This document shows positions 47,148 through 55,933 of a stretch of 64,000 nt of DNA, piece after piece. Numbering within the stretch: the stretch's first letter is position 1; the number at the start of each line of letters is the position of its first letter. Below the pieces are notes generated by a model. It was not told the origin of the DNA, did not search any database, and saw only the letters and a program-made list of their open reading frames with translations. The position numbers and the translations under genes were made by a program. This DNA is from a virus (Duplodnaviria > Caudoviricetes), in the IMG/VR virus record IMGVR_UViG_3300028914_000003, positions 68,636 through 132,635 of that record, one strand, 5' to 3'.

Positions 47148-47468
47148 CTATTCCTGTCCTGTGAAGAGGTCGCCCTGGAAGGGTAGGGGACTGGACAGCT
47201 CTGCCTCCGACGACTGTATCGCCGCAATCTTCGTCTCCAGGTCCGTGATGCGCTGTGACTGGATATCCAGGCGCTGGATGATGCTGTTCATCACCTCGAA
47301 GGACTGGAACGACAGCATCGAGGCGCAGCATATCTGCTGCTGCATGGAGCATCGTCTGCAGTCTTTCGGACACGGGCGCGGCTGACCGATCTGGCTGGCT
47401 GACGGTGCCTGCATCCCCTCTTGCTTTGGAGCGGCGCCTGCCTGCTCCTGTTGTTTTGTCTCTGCCAT
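47148..47468 (-). CDS. Cys-cluster coiled-coil protein
   Basis: CPKDCRRCSMQQQICC followed by heptads. Confidence 0.7.
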   Translation of the reverse strand: MAETKQQEQAGAAPKQEGMQAPSASQIGQPRPCPKDCRRCSMQQQICCASMLSFQSFEVMNSIIQRLDIQSQRITDLETKIAAIQSSEAELSSPLPFQGDLFTGQE

Positions 47469-47535
47469 AATTCTGAGTTTTGTTAACCGTCCGTCGGCGA
47501 TACGTCATACCGTTTGTCGCCGATTTCCGCGTTTC

Positions 47536-47736
47536 TTATCTGAAATGATTGATGATCTGATTCTTGACTAAGATATTCTTGTTCCATTTCGGAACGGCCA
47601 TGGCAATCTTGCTGCCGGTGACCATGATGCCCATCTCTCCGAGCTGGTCGACAAAGCCGCCGAGCGCATGGCGCGCCTGCTCTGCCTCCTGCTCGTCTTC
47701 GGCGTATATCTTAATGGTTATTGGAAATACTTTCAT
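47536..47736 (-). CDS. hypothetical protein (66 aa)
   Basis: ORF in operon context. Confidence 0.65.
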   Translation of the reverse strand: MKVFPITIKIYAEDEQEAEQARHALGGFVDQLGEMGIMVTGSKIAMAVPKWNKNILVKNQIINHFR

Positions 47737-47763
47737 CTTGCCGTGACTGGATTTAATGGATAA

Positions 47764-48144
47764 TTACTCTTCGTTGATGGGCGGCAGCGGTGCGGCTGCC
47801 GGTGCCTCTGCTGCCATGCCCGGTATGGTGAGGGGCGGCAGGCGGTTGCCCGTCATGCCACGGATAATCTCATACACCTGCAGCAGTCCCTTCTGGTGCT
47901 CGCCGCCCCAGGAGAGGATACCGTTGAGCGTGTTCTTCGTCGAGTCCATCCATGTCGGTTCCGGCTGGTCCACTGTCGGCAGCTCCTCTATTACGTCCGC
48001 GAAATAGTCGCGCAGCTTCCTTGCTTCCTCGATGTCACCCTTGGCAATCACCAGGCACTGCTGCGATATCGACATCTTACTCGTCGGCTGTATCATACGT
48101 ATCATGTTGAGCATCTCCTCTCGTTGTCTTTTCTTGTTCCACAT
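47764..48144 (-). CDS. hypothetical protein (126 aa, start MWNKK)
   Basis: ORF in operon context; Pro-rich C-terminus. Confidence 0.7.
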   Translation of the reverse strand: MWNKKRQREEMLNMIRMIQPTSKMSISQQCLVIAKGDIEEARKLRDYFADVIEELPTVDQPEPTWMDSTKNTLNGILSWGGEHQKGLLQVYEIIRGMTGNRLPPLTIPGMAAEAPAAAPLPPINEE

Positions 48145-48276
48145 ATTGTTGCCGTGACGGAAATAAGATGGACGGAAAGTGCTTAATTGTACATTTCTGT
48201 ACATTATAAGACCGCTTGAACAGGCTTATTCTGACGTTTTTGTACAAATAAGCACATTTCCGGCCAAATCAACATC

Positions 48277-48870
48277 TTAGCCGTTGCATCCGCATCCGGG
48301 GCAGCCGCAGGGAGCGGGAGCCGAGTAGATGGTGACAGGCGTCGGGTTGAGCGAGCTCTTGCCTGTGACGGCATCGGCGAAGGTCTGTGTCATGATCTGC
48401 TGCACGGAGGTGTCGATGGCAGAAGTCTGGCTGACCTGTGCTGACTGTGCTGCGCTCTGCTGACCGCTGATCGTGTCGTTGATGGTCTGGGTTACCGTGA
48501 GACCCTGTGCCACGCGTGCGTCTGTCTCGCGCTGCAGGCCGACCAGCAGACGATCGATGTTGTCCTTGGTGTTCGCGTTGCCCTGGGCGATGAGCTGGAG
48601 GGCTGCATTGTACTGGGCGTTGGCCACCTTCTCGGAAGCAACGGCTGCCTCCTTGGCCTGACCGGCCTTGGCGCTGGCGTACATGTTGTTAAGAACTGCG
48701 CTGGCGATAACACCGACGAGGGCGGTGCCGCCGAAGACAAGGCCTGTGACGGCCACGGCGCTGGGGCGCTTCGACTCCATGTGCATGGTCTTCACCTGCT
48801 CGTAGGGAGTCATCCCTTCCTTCTCGCCCATAGACTTCAGGGCCATAAGATCTTGCATTTCAAGTGCCAT
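48277..48870 (-). CDS. TM/coiled-coil protein ending in CGCPGCGC
   Basis: Hydrophobic Gly-rich segment, Ala/Gln coiled coil, Cys-Gly tail; first gene after the promoter. Confidence 0.75.
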   Translation of the reverse strand: MALEMQDLMALKSMGEKEGMTPYEQVKTMHMESKRPSAVAVTGLVFGGTALVGVIASAVLNNMYASAKAGQAKEAAVASEKVANAQYNAALQLIAQGNANTKDNIDRLLVGLQRETDARVAQGLTVTQTINDTISGQQSAAQSAQVSQTSAIDTSVQQIMTQTFADAVTGKSSLNPTPVTIYSAPAPCGCPGCGCNG

Positions 48871-48918
48871 TGTGTAAAGTTTTTGTGGTTAATAATGTGA
48901 ACTTGGCTGTTGCCGTCA

Positions 48919-49006
48919 CAAAGATACACACAGAAAACTGCTTCTCCACCAGCAATGTGGCGGTATCGCATGAAGCCGTCTCTTCATGCGTGAAGCGTGC
49001 TCTTCA
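48919..49006 (-). promoter_or_regulatory. promoter with two palindromic operators
   Basis: TATCTTTG at 48919-48926 with no -33 TTTG; TGAAG-N6-CTTCA at 48971-48986 and 48991-49006. Confidence 0.7.
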
Positions 49007-49013
49007 CAAGCCT

Positions 49014-49241
49014 TTACACAGTGGCGGACAGGCGGCTGACGATGTTATACACCTGCCTGTCGGAGATGCCGTAGCGCTCCGCCAGCGTCAGCAGCACGAC
49101 CTTGCGACTGGCATTGGATGCCGTCATTGCCGTATAGTCACGGTAGAGGTCGCAGTACTTGTAGTCATCCAGACGGATACCCGCCTGTTTCATCTTTTGA
49201 AGAATCTCCTTGTTAAATTCGATTAAATCTGCACGCGTCAT
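49014..49241 (-). CDS. small Mor-like HTH regulator (75 aa)
   Basis: LAERYGISDRQVYNIV helix-turn-helix. Confidence 0.75.
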   Translation of the reverse strand: MTRADLIEFNKEILQKMKQAGIRLDDYKYCDLYRDYTAMTASNASRKVVLLTLAERYGISDRQVYNIVSRLSATV

Positions 49242-49276
49242 GATTGTTATTGGTGAAAAATGATTACCTTTGCAGC

Positions 49277-49415
49277 CTCTTACCTTCATTTCCGGAAAAA
49301 AGCATCCGACACCCGCTGAAGAAGAGGATCTATTGTCCCCGGCCTTTCCGCGAGTGTCGGATAGCGTAGAAAGAAGGTAAGAGAGCTTTGAGCGTGCAGG
49401 CCGGGGACATTTCTA
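49277..49415 (+). ncRNA. structured RNA, possibly pseudoknotted, antisense to the HTH leader
   Basis: TACCTTTG at 49265-49272; perfect helices 49277-49287/49373-49383, 49304-49312/49354-49362 and 49334-49345/49398-49409. Confidence 0.65.
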
Positions 49416-49540
49416 TGGGGCGGTGGTACGGGACATGACAGTCCCGGCTGCCGCCTCTTCCGTTTGAGGGATGGGGCCGTCCCCGCCAGGCGGCATGGCA
49501 GCGGCCGCTGGGGGCCTGTCCGATGCCGCGCTGTATAGGC

Positions 49541-49576
49541 GAAAGATATACTTTGTGGCACGAATCGTCAAGGGCG
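49541..49576 (-). promoter_or_regulatory. phage late-type promoter motif
   Basis: CGCCCTTG-N20-TATCTTTC on the minus strand. Confidence 0.65.
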
Positions 49577-49665
49577 CGCCCGATGACACGCCACACACAA
49601 TCCCCACTTGCCGTCGCGGCTGGTGGGGACATGCAATCAAAAATAACTTAGCTTCTTATTAACAA

Positions 49666-49695
49666 GGACAGCCTGCCTTCGCAGGTGGGCTGTCC
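49666..49695. terminator. hairpin at the end of the tail operon
   Basis: ggacagcctgcct-tcgc-aggtgggctgtcc. Confidence 0.6.
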
Positions 49696-49771
49696 GTACA
49701 TAGCCAATGAAATAAAATTAAACTAATCTAATAACCTATTCTATGAAAAAAAACATTGGAAACGAGTCCGC

Positions 49772-49942
49772 CTACCGCTGTAGGTCAGCCGTATTGTCTA
49801 TCTCCACGCCGGTGACAACCGTCTTCCCGATCATCAGCGTCTTCAGGTTGCGTACCAGCCGCATGACATCCTTCTCTGTCTCGCCGTCCGTCTCGCGACC
49901 GGTCTGTACGGTCAGCACGACCGTTACCTTCTTCTCCTTCAT
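49772..49942 (-). CDS. small hypothetical protein (56 aa, MKEKKVTVV)
   Basis: Directly follows the upstream gene; not in the ORF track. Confidence 0.55.
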   Translation of the reverse strand: MKEKKVTVVLTVQTGRETDGETEKDVMRLVRNLKTLMIGKTVVTGVEIDNTADLQR

Positions 49943-49948
49943 ACGCTT

Positions 49949-50485
49949 CTATATCAGTGCGCCAAGCAGCGCCATATACACCGGCAGCATAGCCGTCACT
50001 TCAAGAAGGAATACTCCCTTGCCGGCAGTAGCATCATTGACCTTGGCTATCCACTTTACCTCCTGCTCAAAGGTAGAGAGAACAGCCAGTACAGCCCATA
50101 GCCCCCATAGCATCAGCCACCAAGGACTGATAAGTGCCACGCAGATCTGAGACATCACACCACCGAAGATACCGAGGTTATAATGCCAGCACCAGCGGAC
50201 ATCCTCATCACCGGGGATCAGCGGCAGAGCACCGACAACACCGATGCTGGCGATAGTGACATAGGCTATCATACCCTGCCACCAAATATTGCCCATCACA
50301 TCAAGCAGAGGAATAGCCAGCAGGCCTACTATCAGCCACACCCATACACTCCACAGGTACTTGCCTATCAGAGGCAGGTCATAGACGATAGCACTGATGC
50401 TCACCGGCAACTCCTTCTCCTTGTTAATGGCAGCGGCAATGCCTATCGCCGCCACCAATATACTTAGTATTACTAACGTAATCAT
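49949..50485 (-). CDS. multi-pass membrane protein
   Basis: Five to six hydrophobic segments. Confidence 0.75.
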   Translation of the reverse strand: MITLVILSILVAAIGIAAAINKEKELPVSISAIVYDLPLIGKYLWSVWVWLIVGLLAIPLLDVMGNIWWQGMIAYVTIASIGVVGALPLIPGDEDVRWCWHYNLGIFGGVMSQICVALISPWWLMLWGLWAVLAVLSTFEQEVKWIAKVNDATAGKGVFLLEVTAMLPVYMALLGALI

Positions 50486-51000
50486 GACTCATCCTCTTTA
50501 AGCAGTTCCTCATAGGGTTCCCAGTCAATCGAGTCCTTTCGCTGCCAGCCTTCTTGCAAGCACTGATTGATGAAAGCCACACCCTGCATGTAGAACTCCG
50601 TCAGCACGTTAAGCGAGTTGAATGTATGATACACAGGCTCACCATTCTCATCCTCGCCCAGCTTGAACTTAACAGGCAGTGATTGTCCTTCTGTCATCAT
50701 GGCCACCCTCTGAGCCTCGGAGAAGTTCTTCTGATTCTCCTCACTCAACCACACGGGCTTGTTGTTCCAGACAAAACCCGTCAGAATCTTCTCGTCAGTC
50801 TGTTTGTTGATGTCCTCATGGATGGCTCTCTTCACTGCCTCCAAGTTGGGCTTTCCGTCTCTCTTCTTGAAGAAATAGACCTCGTGCCACTCGTACATGT
50901 CATTCACTCCTGTAGCTGTCAGGCCGTAGCCAACCACATATCGGCTGCGCTCTTCTCTTACCAGAGAGAAATCTTCTATCTTTCCACTTATCTTACTCAT
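50482..51000 (-). CDS. DUF4376-like tail-fibre-associated protein
   Basis: VWLSEENQKNF, LPVKFKLG, GWQRKDSIDW. Confidence 0.6.
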   Translation of the reverse strand: MSKISGKIEDFSLVREERSRYVVGYGLTATGVNDMYEWHEVYFFKKRDGKPNLEAVKRAIHEDINKQTDEKILTGFVWNNKPVWLSEENQKNFSEAQRVAMMTEGQSLPVKFKLGEDENGEPVYHTFNSLNVLTEFYMQGVAFINQCLQEGWQRKDSIDWEPYEELLKEDES

Positions 51001-51018
51001 AGTTATATTCTTTATTAG

Positions 51019-51753
51019 TTATTGGACTGGACGAATCGCTAAGCCGCCGCAGCGCATGTTGTTGCCGTTAGGCGACGACATGGACGAAAAAAAGACCAGG
51101 GCATGGCCCTGCGTCGCCGTATAAAACGATGACGCCCAGCAACCACCGTACAAGCCACGGTAGGACAACGACGTATCACTTCCATAGCCGGAACAGGGGA
51201 AGAACAGGATGTTGCCGTTAATCTTTGACTTCAGTCTGATACCAACAATACCGTTAATGGTTGTCGTCTTATCTGTTCCGCTAATCACATCGCCGTTGGC
51301 ATCAACATAGTCGATGTTGTCAAACAACTCTGCAAATTCTTCGCTGCTTGGCATTCTCCACGGAGCACCACAGTTCACGGCAGCAGCATCGTATGACATA
51401 GGAATGTCTCCTGTCAATGCTGCACCAGGAGTTAAAGCATAAGGGCCATCATTTGATGTGCCAAAGTCATAGTCAAAAGCACCTTGCGCATCAGGATTGT
51501 GGCCAGCCGTATTACCCCAGCTGAAGAATGAGCAGTCGTAGGTAAATGGCGAAATCTCACCGTTCACCTCTTGGAACTTACTGTTCGTAGTCAGGTCAAT
51601 ATTTGCCTTTGCCCACAACAGGCCAGAGGGCAGTCCCATATCCACCCAGAAGTCACTCTCGACGACTCCCTTCAACTGGTTGAACACATGCACCACTGCG
51701 TCGCCTCTTTGCAGTACAAGGTCGTCATTTTCGTCTTTCAGTACAATCCTCAT
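51019..51753 (-). CDS. C-type-lectin-fold (DUF1566/Fib_succ_major-like) adhesin, DGR-target type
   Basis: WVDMGLPSGLLWAKANI, DAA..WRMPSSEEFAEL, FFPCSG, CWASS, terminal IRPV. Confidence 0.75.
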   Translation of the reverse strand: MRIVLKDENDDLVLQRGDAVVHVFNQLKGVVESDFWVDMGLPSGLLWAKANIDLTTNSKFQEVNGEISPFTYDCSFFSWGNTAGHNPDAQGAFDYDFGTSNDGPYALTPGAALTGDIPMSYDAAAVNCGAPWRMPSSEEFAELFDNIDYVDANGDVISGTDKTTTINGIVGIRLKSKINGNILFFPCSGYGSDTSLSYRGLYGGCWASSFYTATQGHALVFFSSMSSPNGNNMRCGGLAIRPVQ

Positions 51754-51756
51754 ATC

Positions 51757-51990
51757 TTATTCCTCCTCTTCGTTAATAGGTTCCTCACTATCTTCTTCTC
51801 TCACGGGCGGCTCCATGCCGATGCTCTCGTAGAAAGCCTTGTAGCTCTCTTCTGTGTAGGGCTGTTCCTCGTAGTTGTCAATGCTGTCTGATGCACCTAA
51901 GCAGATGTCCTCACCCATGATGAAACCGTCCCTCTTTCTCACTATGAAATTGCCCTTCTCGGCGTAGTAGTTTCTTCCTTTCTGTATCAT
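51757..51990 (-). CDS. small acidic fibre-associated protein
   Basis: ORF lying between fibre genes. Confidence 0.65.
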   Translation of the reverse strand: MIQKGRNYYAEKGNFIVRKRDGFIMGEDICLGASDSIDNYEEQPYTEESYKAFYESIGMEPPVREEDSEEPINEEEE

Positions 51991-52023
51991 AATTTTAGTG
52001 TTATGTTTTTATTATACTACTGG

Positions 52024-54195
52024 TTATACAAGCCTTACTACATTGTTGCTCCTCTCGAATGTAGTGCAGAAGTCATTGCCTGCTGCCACGTCGAGCTGCA
52101 AGTACGGACTGTTGTAATTCAGGTTCTTCGGGATGTCGATATGCCGGCATCGCAGACTCGATGAGGTGGTGTCGGTACAGTTAATTTTCAGGTAGATGTT
52201 CTCGGCCGACAAGTGCAGGGTTCTCAGATGGCTCTGCGGCTCCTTTTCATCCGTTCCGTATATGATATGCTGGTTACAGTTATCAAAGATACATGACACT
52301 ATATCGTCTCCGAAATACAAGTATGTACAATTAGGCCCAATCATCAAATTTCGGCAGTCGTTTCCGAAGTACGCATTACTAATCATTTCAAAAACAGAAC
52401 CTTTCATATTCTTGCCAAAACACACCTTTGCGCTGTTGGGACCGATTCTGTTCCATCTGAAACCTGAATTTACGACAAGGCCAATAGCCTGCTTAATGGT
52501 GTTTTGATTACAATTCGAGAAGCAGATGGACGAATACAGAGACGTAATATTATTTTCTGTGAAACTATACGTCGCTATTACATCGTGCAATGCAACAATA
52601 TTGTTGTTCTCTGTATTTTGGCCGAATGTAAGGTTATATGAGTTCGGCCCTATAGTGTTGTTACGGACCCGCGGATTTGAGGTGTTTGCAATAATAAATA
52701 CTATACGATTGATGTAGAGTAAATCTCCGCTGCAAAACGCTCCTATCTTGTTTTTGCGTACGATTCCCTTTCCGAGTGACACGGTAGCATCCGTATAGTT
52801 GCTGCCATAGTTGAAGGTGTACATGTGCCTCGCTGACGGAAGTCCTGTACTTGAAGAAATATTAACCTTCACATATATAGTAGCATATATATTGCTGCTT
52901 GATGCCTGGAACGTTAACGGCAGATACAATGCAGATCCGTCAATGACAGCTGCATCAAGATTACTGTCCACATAGGTGTCTGTCAGGGCGCTGCCCCAAA
53001 CAGGATTTGAGGTTATCATGCCGAAGAGCAAAGGTCTTCTTTCTCTATCAGATGTGCTTTGAAGCATGTCGGCAAGCTGTTTCATGGCGGCCACACCGAA
53101 GTAGTTGTATGTTGCATCGTCTATATAGGATGCAGGCATGACGAGTTCGGTTGACCACCGCCAGCGCTTCGTCATGATATTCTTGAAGTCGTAGGGAACG
53201 TCGTTATCCCTGTCATCAACCATCCTGTAGATGACACCCTTGCCTCCTTCACAGGTGTCTGCGATGGCTCCGCTTGCCGTCACGGATTCAGCCACGCTGT
53301 TGTCGTATGCCGTATCTCCGGCGGCAGGGTTCTCTGTTGCCGTATATACGGTCGCGGTGCTGCGCGTCCATGCAAACGGGTAGTCACTGCCAGCGTCGTC
53401 TGCATTTTCGTTCCTTACGTACCACTGTTCAGACGCGGTACCGACAGGAGCACATATCGACTTGCCAGCAACAGCCCACGCGAACTTTGTGGTATCATTG
53501 TCAAGGCAGTAGCTTATCTTCCACGCTTCCAGTGGCACGCCGTCGAAGTAATGCACCTCGTCATACTTCTCCTGATAGTCCGCTGCCGAGGTGTCCTCTG
53601 GGATATAGTCGGCAGGGTACTCATGCTTTGTGGCATAGGCATCCTCACAGAGCGTGGACTCGTCGAGAGCCAGCACTACAACGTCAAACCTGTGCCCTGC
53701 ACTTCTTGTATTGCTCTCTGCCGTGGTGGTCACATAGTCGGTGATACGATACCACTGGCCGGGATTCAGGCCGCTGTTGTCGCGCAGCGACTTCAGGGCG
53801 GAGTAGGTGATGTCGATGCACTTGGACAGGAACTTGCCGTCGACATAGTCCTTCACCTTCCTGGGTACTGCCGGCGTCTTGACGTCGCTGGTGGAGATGG
53901 CACCATCAAGGGTAGCATTGTAGGCATTGGCCTCTGCTGCCGACAGCGTGTCACCGGCCACCTTCGATGCCCCTGTGACAGCAGCATTATAGGCAGCTGC
54001 CTGCGCGGCCGTCAGCGGCGTCGTGCTGTCGAGTGCCCCCGTCAGCAGGGCGTTATACGCATTGACCTCTGACTCGGTGTATAACACGGCATCCGTCACA
54101 TTGGGGATACCGATATAATCGTCCTTGAATTTCTGGAAGCTGTGCTTCATGCCGTCCACTCTTACAGCTTCATCTTTGTGTCCTACTGTTGTCAT
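52024..54195 (-). CDS. tail fibre/spike with C-terminal beta-helix-like repeats
   Basis: YRITDY and DVPYDFKNI motifs; Asn-rich NxxG repeats in a lower-GC C-terminal part. Confidence 0.7.
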   Translation of the reverse strand: MTTVGHKDEAVRVDGMKHSFQKFKDDYIGIPNVTDAVLYTESEVNAYNALLTGALDSTTPLTAAQAAAYNAAVTGASKVAGDTLSAAEANAYNATLDGAISTSDVKTPAVPRKVKDYVDGKFLSKCIDITYSALKSLRDNSGLNPGQWYRITDYVTTTAESNTRSAGHRFDVVVLALDESTLCEDAYATKHEYPADYIPEDTSAADYQEKYDEVHYFDGVPLEAWKISYCLDNDTTKFAWAVAGKSICAPVGTASEQWYVRNENADDAGSDYPFAWTRSTATVYTATENPAAGDTAYDNSVAESVTASGAIADTCEGGKGVIYRMVDDRDNDVPYDFKNIMTKRWRWSTELVMPASYIDDATYNYFGVAAMKQLADMLQSTSDRERRPLLFGMITSNPVWGSALTDTYVDSNLDAAVIDGSALYLPLTFQASSSNIYATIYVKVNISSSTGLPSARHMYTFNYGSNYTDATVSLGKGIVRKNKIGAFCSGDLLYINRIVFIIANTSNPRVRNNTIGPNSYNLTFGQNTENNNIVALHDVIATYSFTENNITSLYSSICFSNCNQNTIKQAIGLVVNSGFRWNRIGPNSAKVCFGKNMKGSVFEMISNAYFGNDCRNLMIGPNCTYLYFGDDIVSCIFDNCNQHIIYGTDEKEPQSHLRTLHLSAENIYLKINCTDTTSSSLRCRHIDIPKNLNYNSPYLQLDVAAGNDFCTTFERSNNVVRLV

Positions 54196-54267
54196 TTGTA
54201 TATGATTTTAATGATTTTTCAACTGCATGCAGGCTGTCCCGTTCCACCGTGGCCGGTGCCTGCGCCG

Positions 54268-54432
54268 TCAGACGAGCTCGGTAATGATGTCCTCGCATGT
54301 CTGGTTCGAGGCGTACGGCACCTCCGCGTCTTCCTTCGTCGCGTACTTGCCTTTGATTTTTGCCTCGAAGTAGTTCAGCATCGTGACGGTCACCAAGCTA
54401 TCCGGGTTTGTAAGATCCAGTGCGTTTACCAT
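54268..54432 (-). CDS. 54-aa putative fibre adaptor
   Basis: MVNALDLTNPDSLVTVTMLNYFEAKIKGKYATKEDAEVPYASNQTCEDIITELV; each half matches a terminus of a neighbouring protein; not in the ORF track. Confidence 0.8.
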   Translation of the reverse strand: MVNALDLTNPDSLVTVTMLNYFEAKIKGKYATKEDAEVPYASNQTCEDIITELV

Positions 54433-54463
54433 AATCTCTTTCTGTTTATGTTTATGTTTCTAT

Positions 54464-54498
54464 TGGTGACTCCGCAGGGAGTCGAACCCTGCGGAGCC
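54464..54498 (-). ncRNA. tRNA minihelix-like element
   Basis: GGCTCCG CAGGG TTCGACT CCCTG CGGAGTC ACCA. Confidence 0.55.
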
Positions 54499-54511
54499 TG
54501 AGTGAGAGAGA

Positions 54512-55435
54512 TTAGATCGTGCTGTCCGAGCTGTCGCCGCCGAAGATCTCGTCGATGTCGCTGGTAGAACCGACCTTGACGGTCTTCTTGTGAGCGGAGA
54601 TCTCGCCGTTTGCGTTCTGGGTGATGTCGCTGATGAAGGTCAGCGAGTAGCCGCTGGCGGTAGGATCTTCGACAGCCGTCTGCTTGGTCTTGTACTCAGA
54701 GAGAGCGTGACCGGAGTCAACGGGGTTGCCGTTGGCGTCGAACTCGGCGATGTTACCCTCTACGGCGTCGGTGTCCTTGTCGGCCTTGGCGCCCAGGTTG
54801 TCGTTCAGGGCATCGAGCTTAGCCTTGTCCTCCTTGGCCAGCAGACCGTCCTGACCGGCGATGCTCTGCTCAGCATCGGGAGCGACAGCGTTCTGCACGG
54901 TCTTCTTGTGGACGGTGATCTCGCCGTTCTCGTTCTGCGTCACGCTGTCGACGAAGGTGATGCCTGTGCCGGCAGTCGTAGCGTCGCCGTCAGTGACAGC
55001 CGTCTGCTTCGTCTTGTAGTTCGACAGGTCGATGTCACCCTGGAACACGTCGTACTTGTATACGCCGGTCGATGGGTTGGCGACATACACGTTGGCTCCC
55101 TTGGGGATGTTGTGGCCGGCACCCTCCACGAAGTCACTCGTGGTAACGAAGGCATCCGAGATGTTCCACATGAAGCCGAGGCAGCCCTCTACGAGGTCTG
55201 TCGACGGATTCAGCTGTGAGAACGAGCGTGTGCCCTTGGGGATGATGGCAGAAGGAAGGCCCTGAATCTTGCTGAGCAGCTCAGCGAGGGCACCCTCTAC
55301 GGTCGTAGCCGTCAGGCCGCTGATGGCGGCGATGGCCTTGGTCTGATACTTCTGCGCCAGCTTACCTTCAAAATAGTTAAGCAAGCTGATGTCGACCAGA
55401 TTGGTCGGATTTGTAATAGCATTTGAATTTGCCAT
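54512..55435 (-). CDS. fibre protein with an internal repeat
   Basis: Two copies of YKTKQTAV..F..xxTQNxNGEIxxHKKTV; strong codon bias. Confidence 0.7.
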   Translation of the reverse strand: MANSNAITNPTNLVDISLLNYFEGKLAQKYQTKAIAAISGLTATTVEGALAELLSKIQGLPSAIIPKGTRSFSQLNPSTDLVEGCLGFMWNISDAFVTTSDFVEGAGHNIPKGANVYVANPSTGVYKYDVFQGDIDLSNYKTKQTAVTDGDATTAGTGITFVDSVTQNENGEITVHKKTVQNAVAPDAEQSIAGQDGLLAKEDKAKLDALNDNLGAKADKDTDAVEGNIAEFDANGNPVDSGHALSEYKTKQTAVEDPTASGYSLTFISDITQNANGEISAHKKTVKVGSTSDIDEIFGGDSSDSTI

Positions 55436-55577
55436 AATTACAAAGGGTATTAGTGAAACATGTGAAAAATATCTGGGGGCCGTAGTTATCGGCCAAATCA
55501 GAAACTTTTGTCACCCGGCCGACGCCGGGACTGTTTCCGTCAGACGGGCTGCGTATATGACGCACCCGCCCCGCTCA

Positions 55578-55925
55578 TCAGGCCTTCCCGGCTTTCGCCT
55601 TCGCTTTCGCCTTCGGCCTCGGCTGCTTCGAGCCCTGCTTCCTGCCTGCACCCTTCTTGGGGGCGGCCTCGGCGGCAGCCTGCTCCTGCTCAGGATCCCG
55701 CTTGACTTCCACCAGCTTTGAGATGATGGCCCTGCCATCACCTGCCGGCAGTGCCAGCGTGTCCTGTCCCGTCTTCTTACAGAACGTACGCATCAGGGCG
55801 CTGAACATCGTGAAAATCTCCTCTTCGGTGATTTTGTGGCTGCCCAGTGCCAGCGTGCCGTTCTGTAACATCCGTCCTGCAAAGAACCCGTTCTGCGTCA
55901 GGACAATCATGATTTCATTTGCCAT
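55578..55925 (-). CDS. hypothetical protein with basic tail
   Basis: ORF in operon context. Confidence 0.65.
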   Translation of the reverse strand: MANEIMIVLTQNGFFAGRMLQNGTLALGSHKITEEEIFTMFSALMRTFCKKTGQDTLALPAGDGRAIISKLVEVKRDPEQEQAAAEAAPKKGAGRKQGSKQPRPKAKAKAKAGKA

Positions 55926-55933
55926 AATAGATA

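Noticed and set aside
49314-49372. Hammerhead ribozyme (CTGAAGA ... GAAA)
   Set aside because: I could not build stems I-III around the core in the required geometry.
49000-52000. Complete DGR cassette
   Set aside because: No reverse transcriptase and no template repeat were found in the window.
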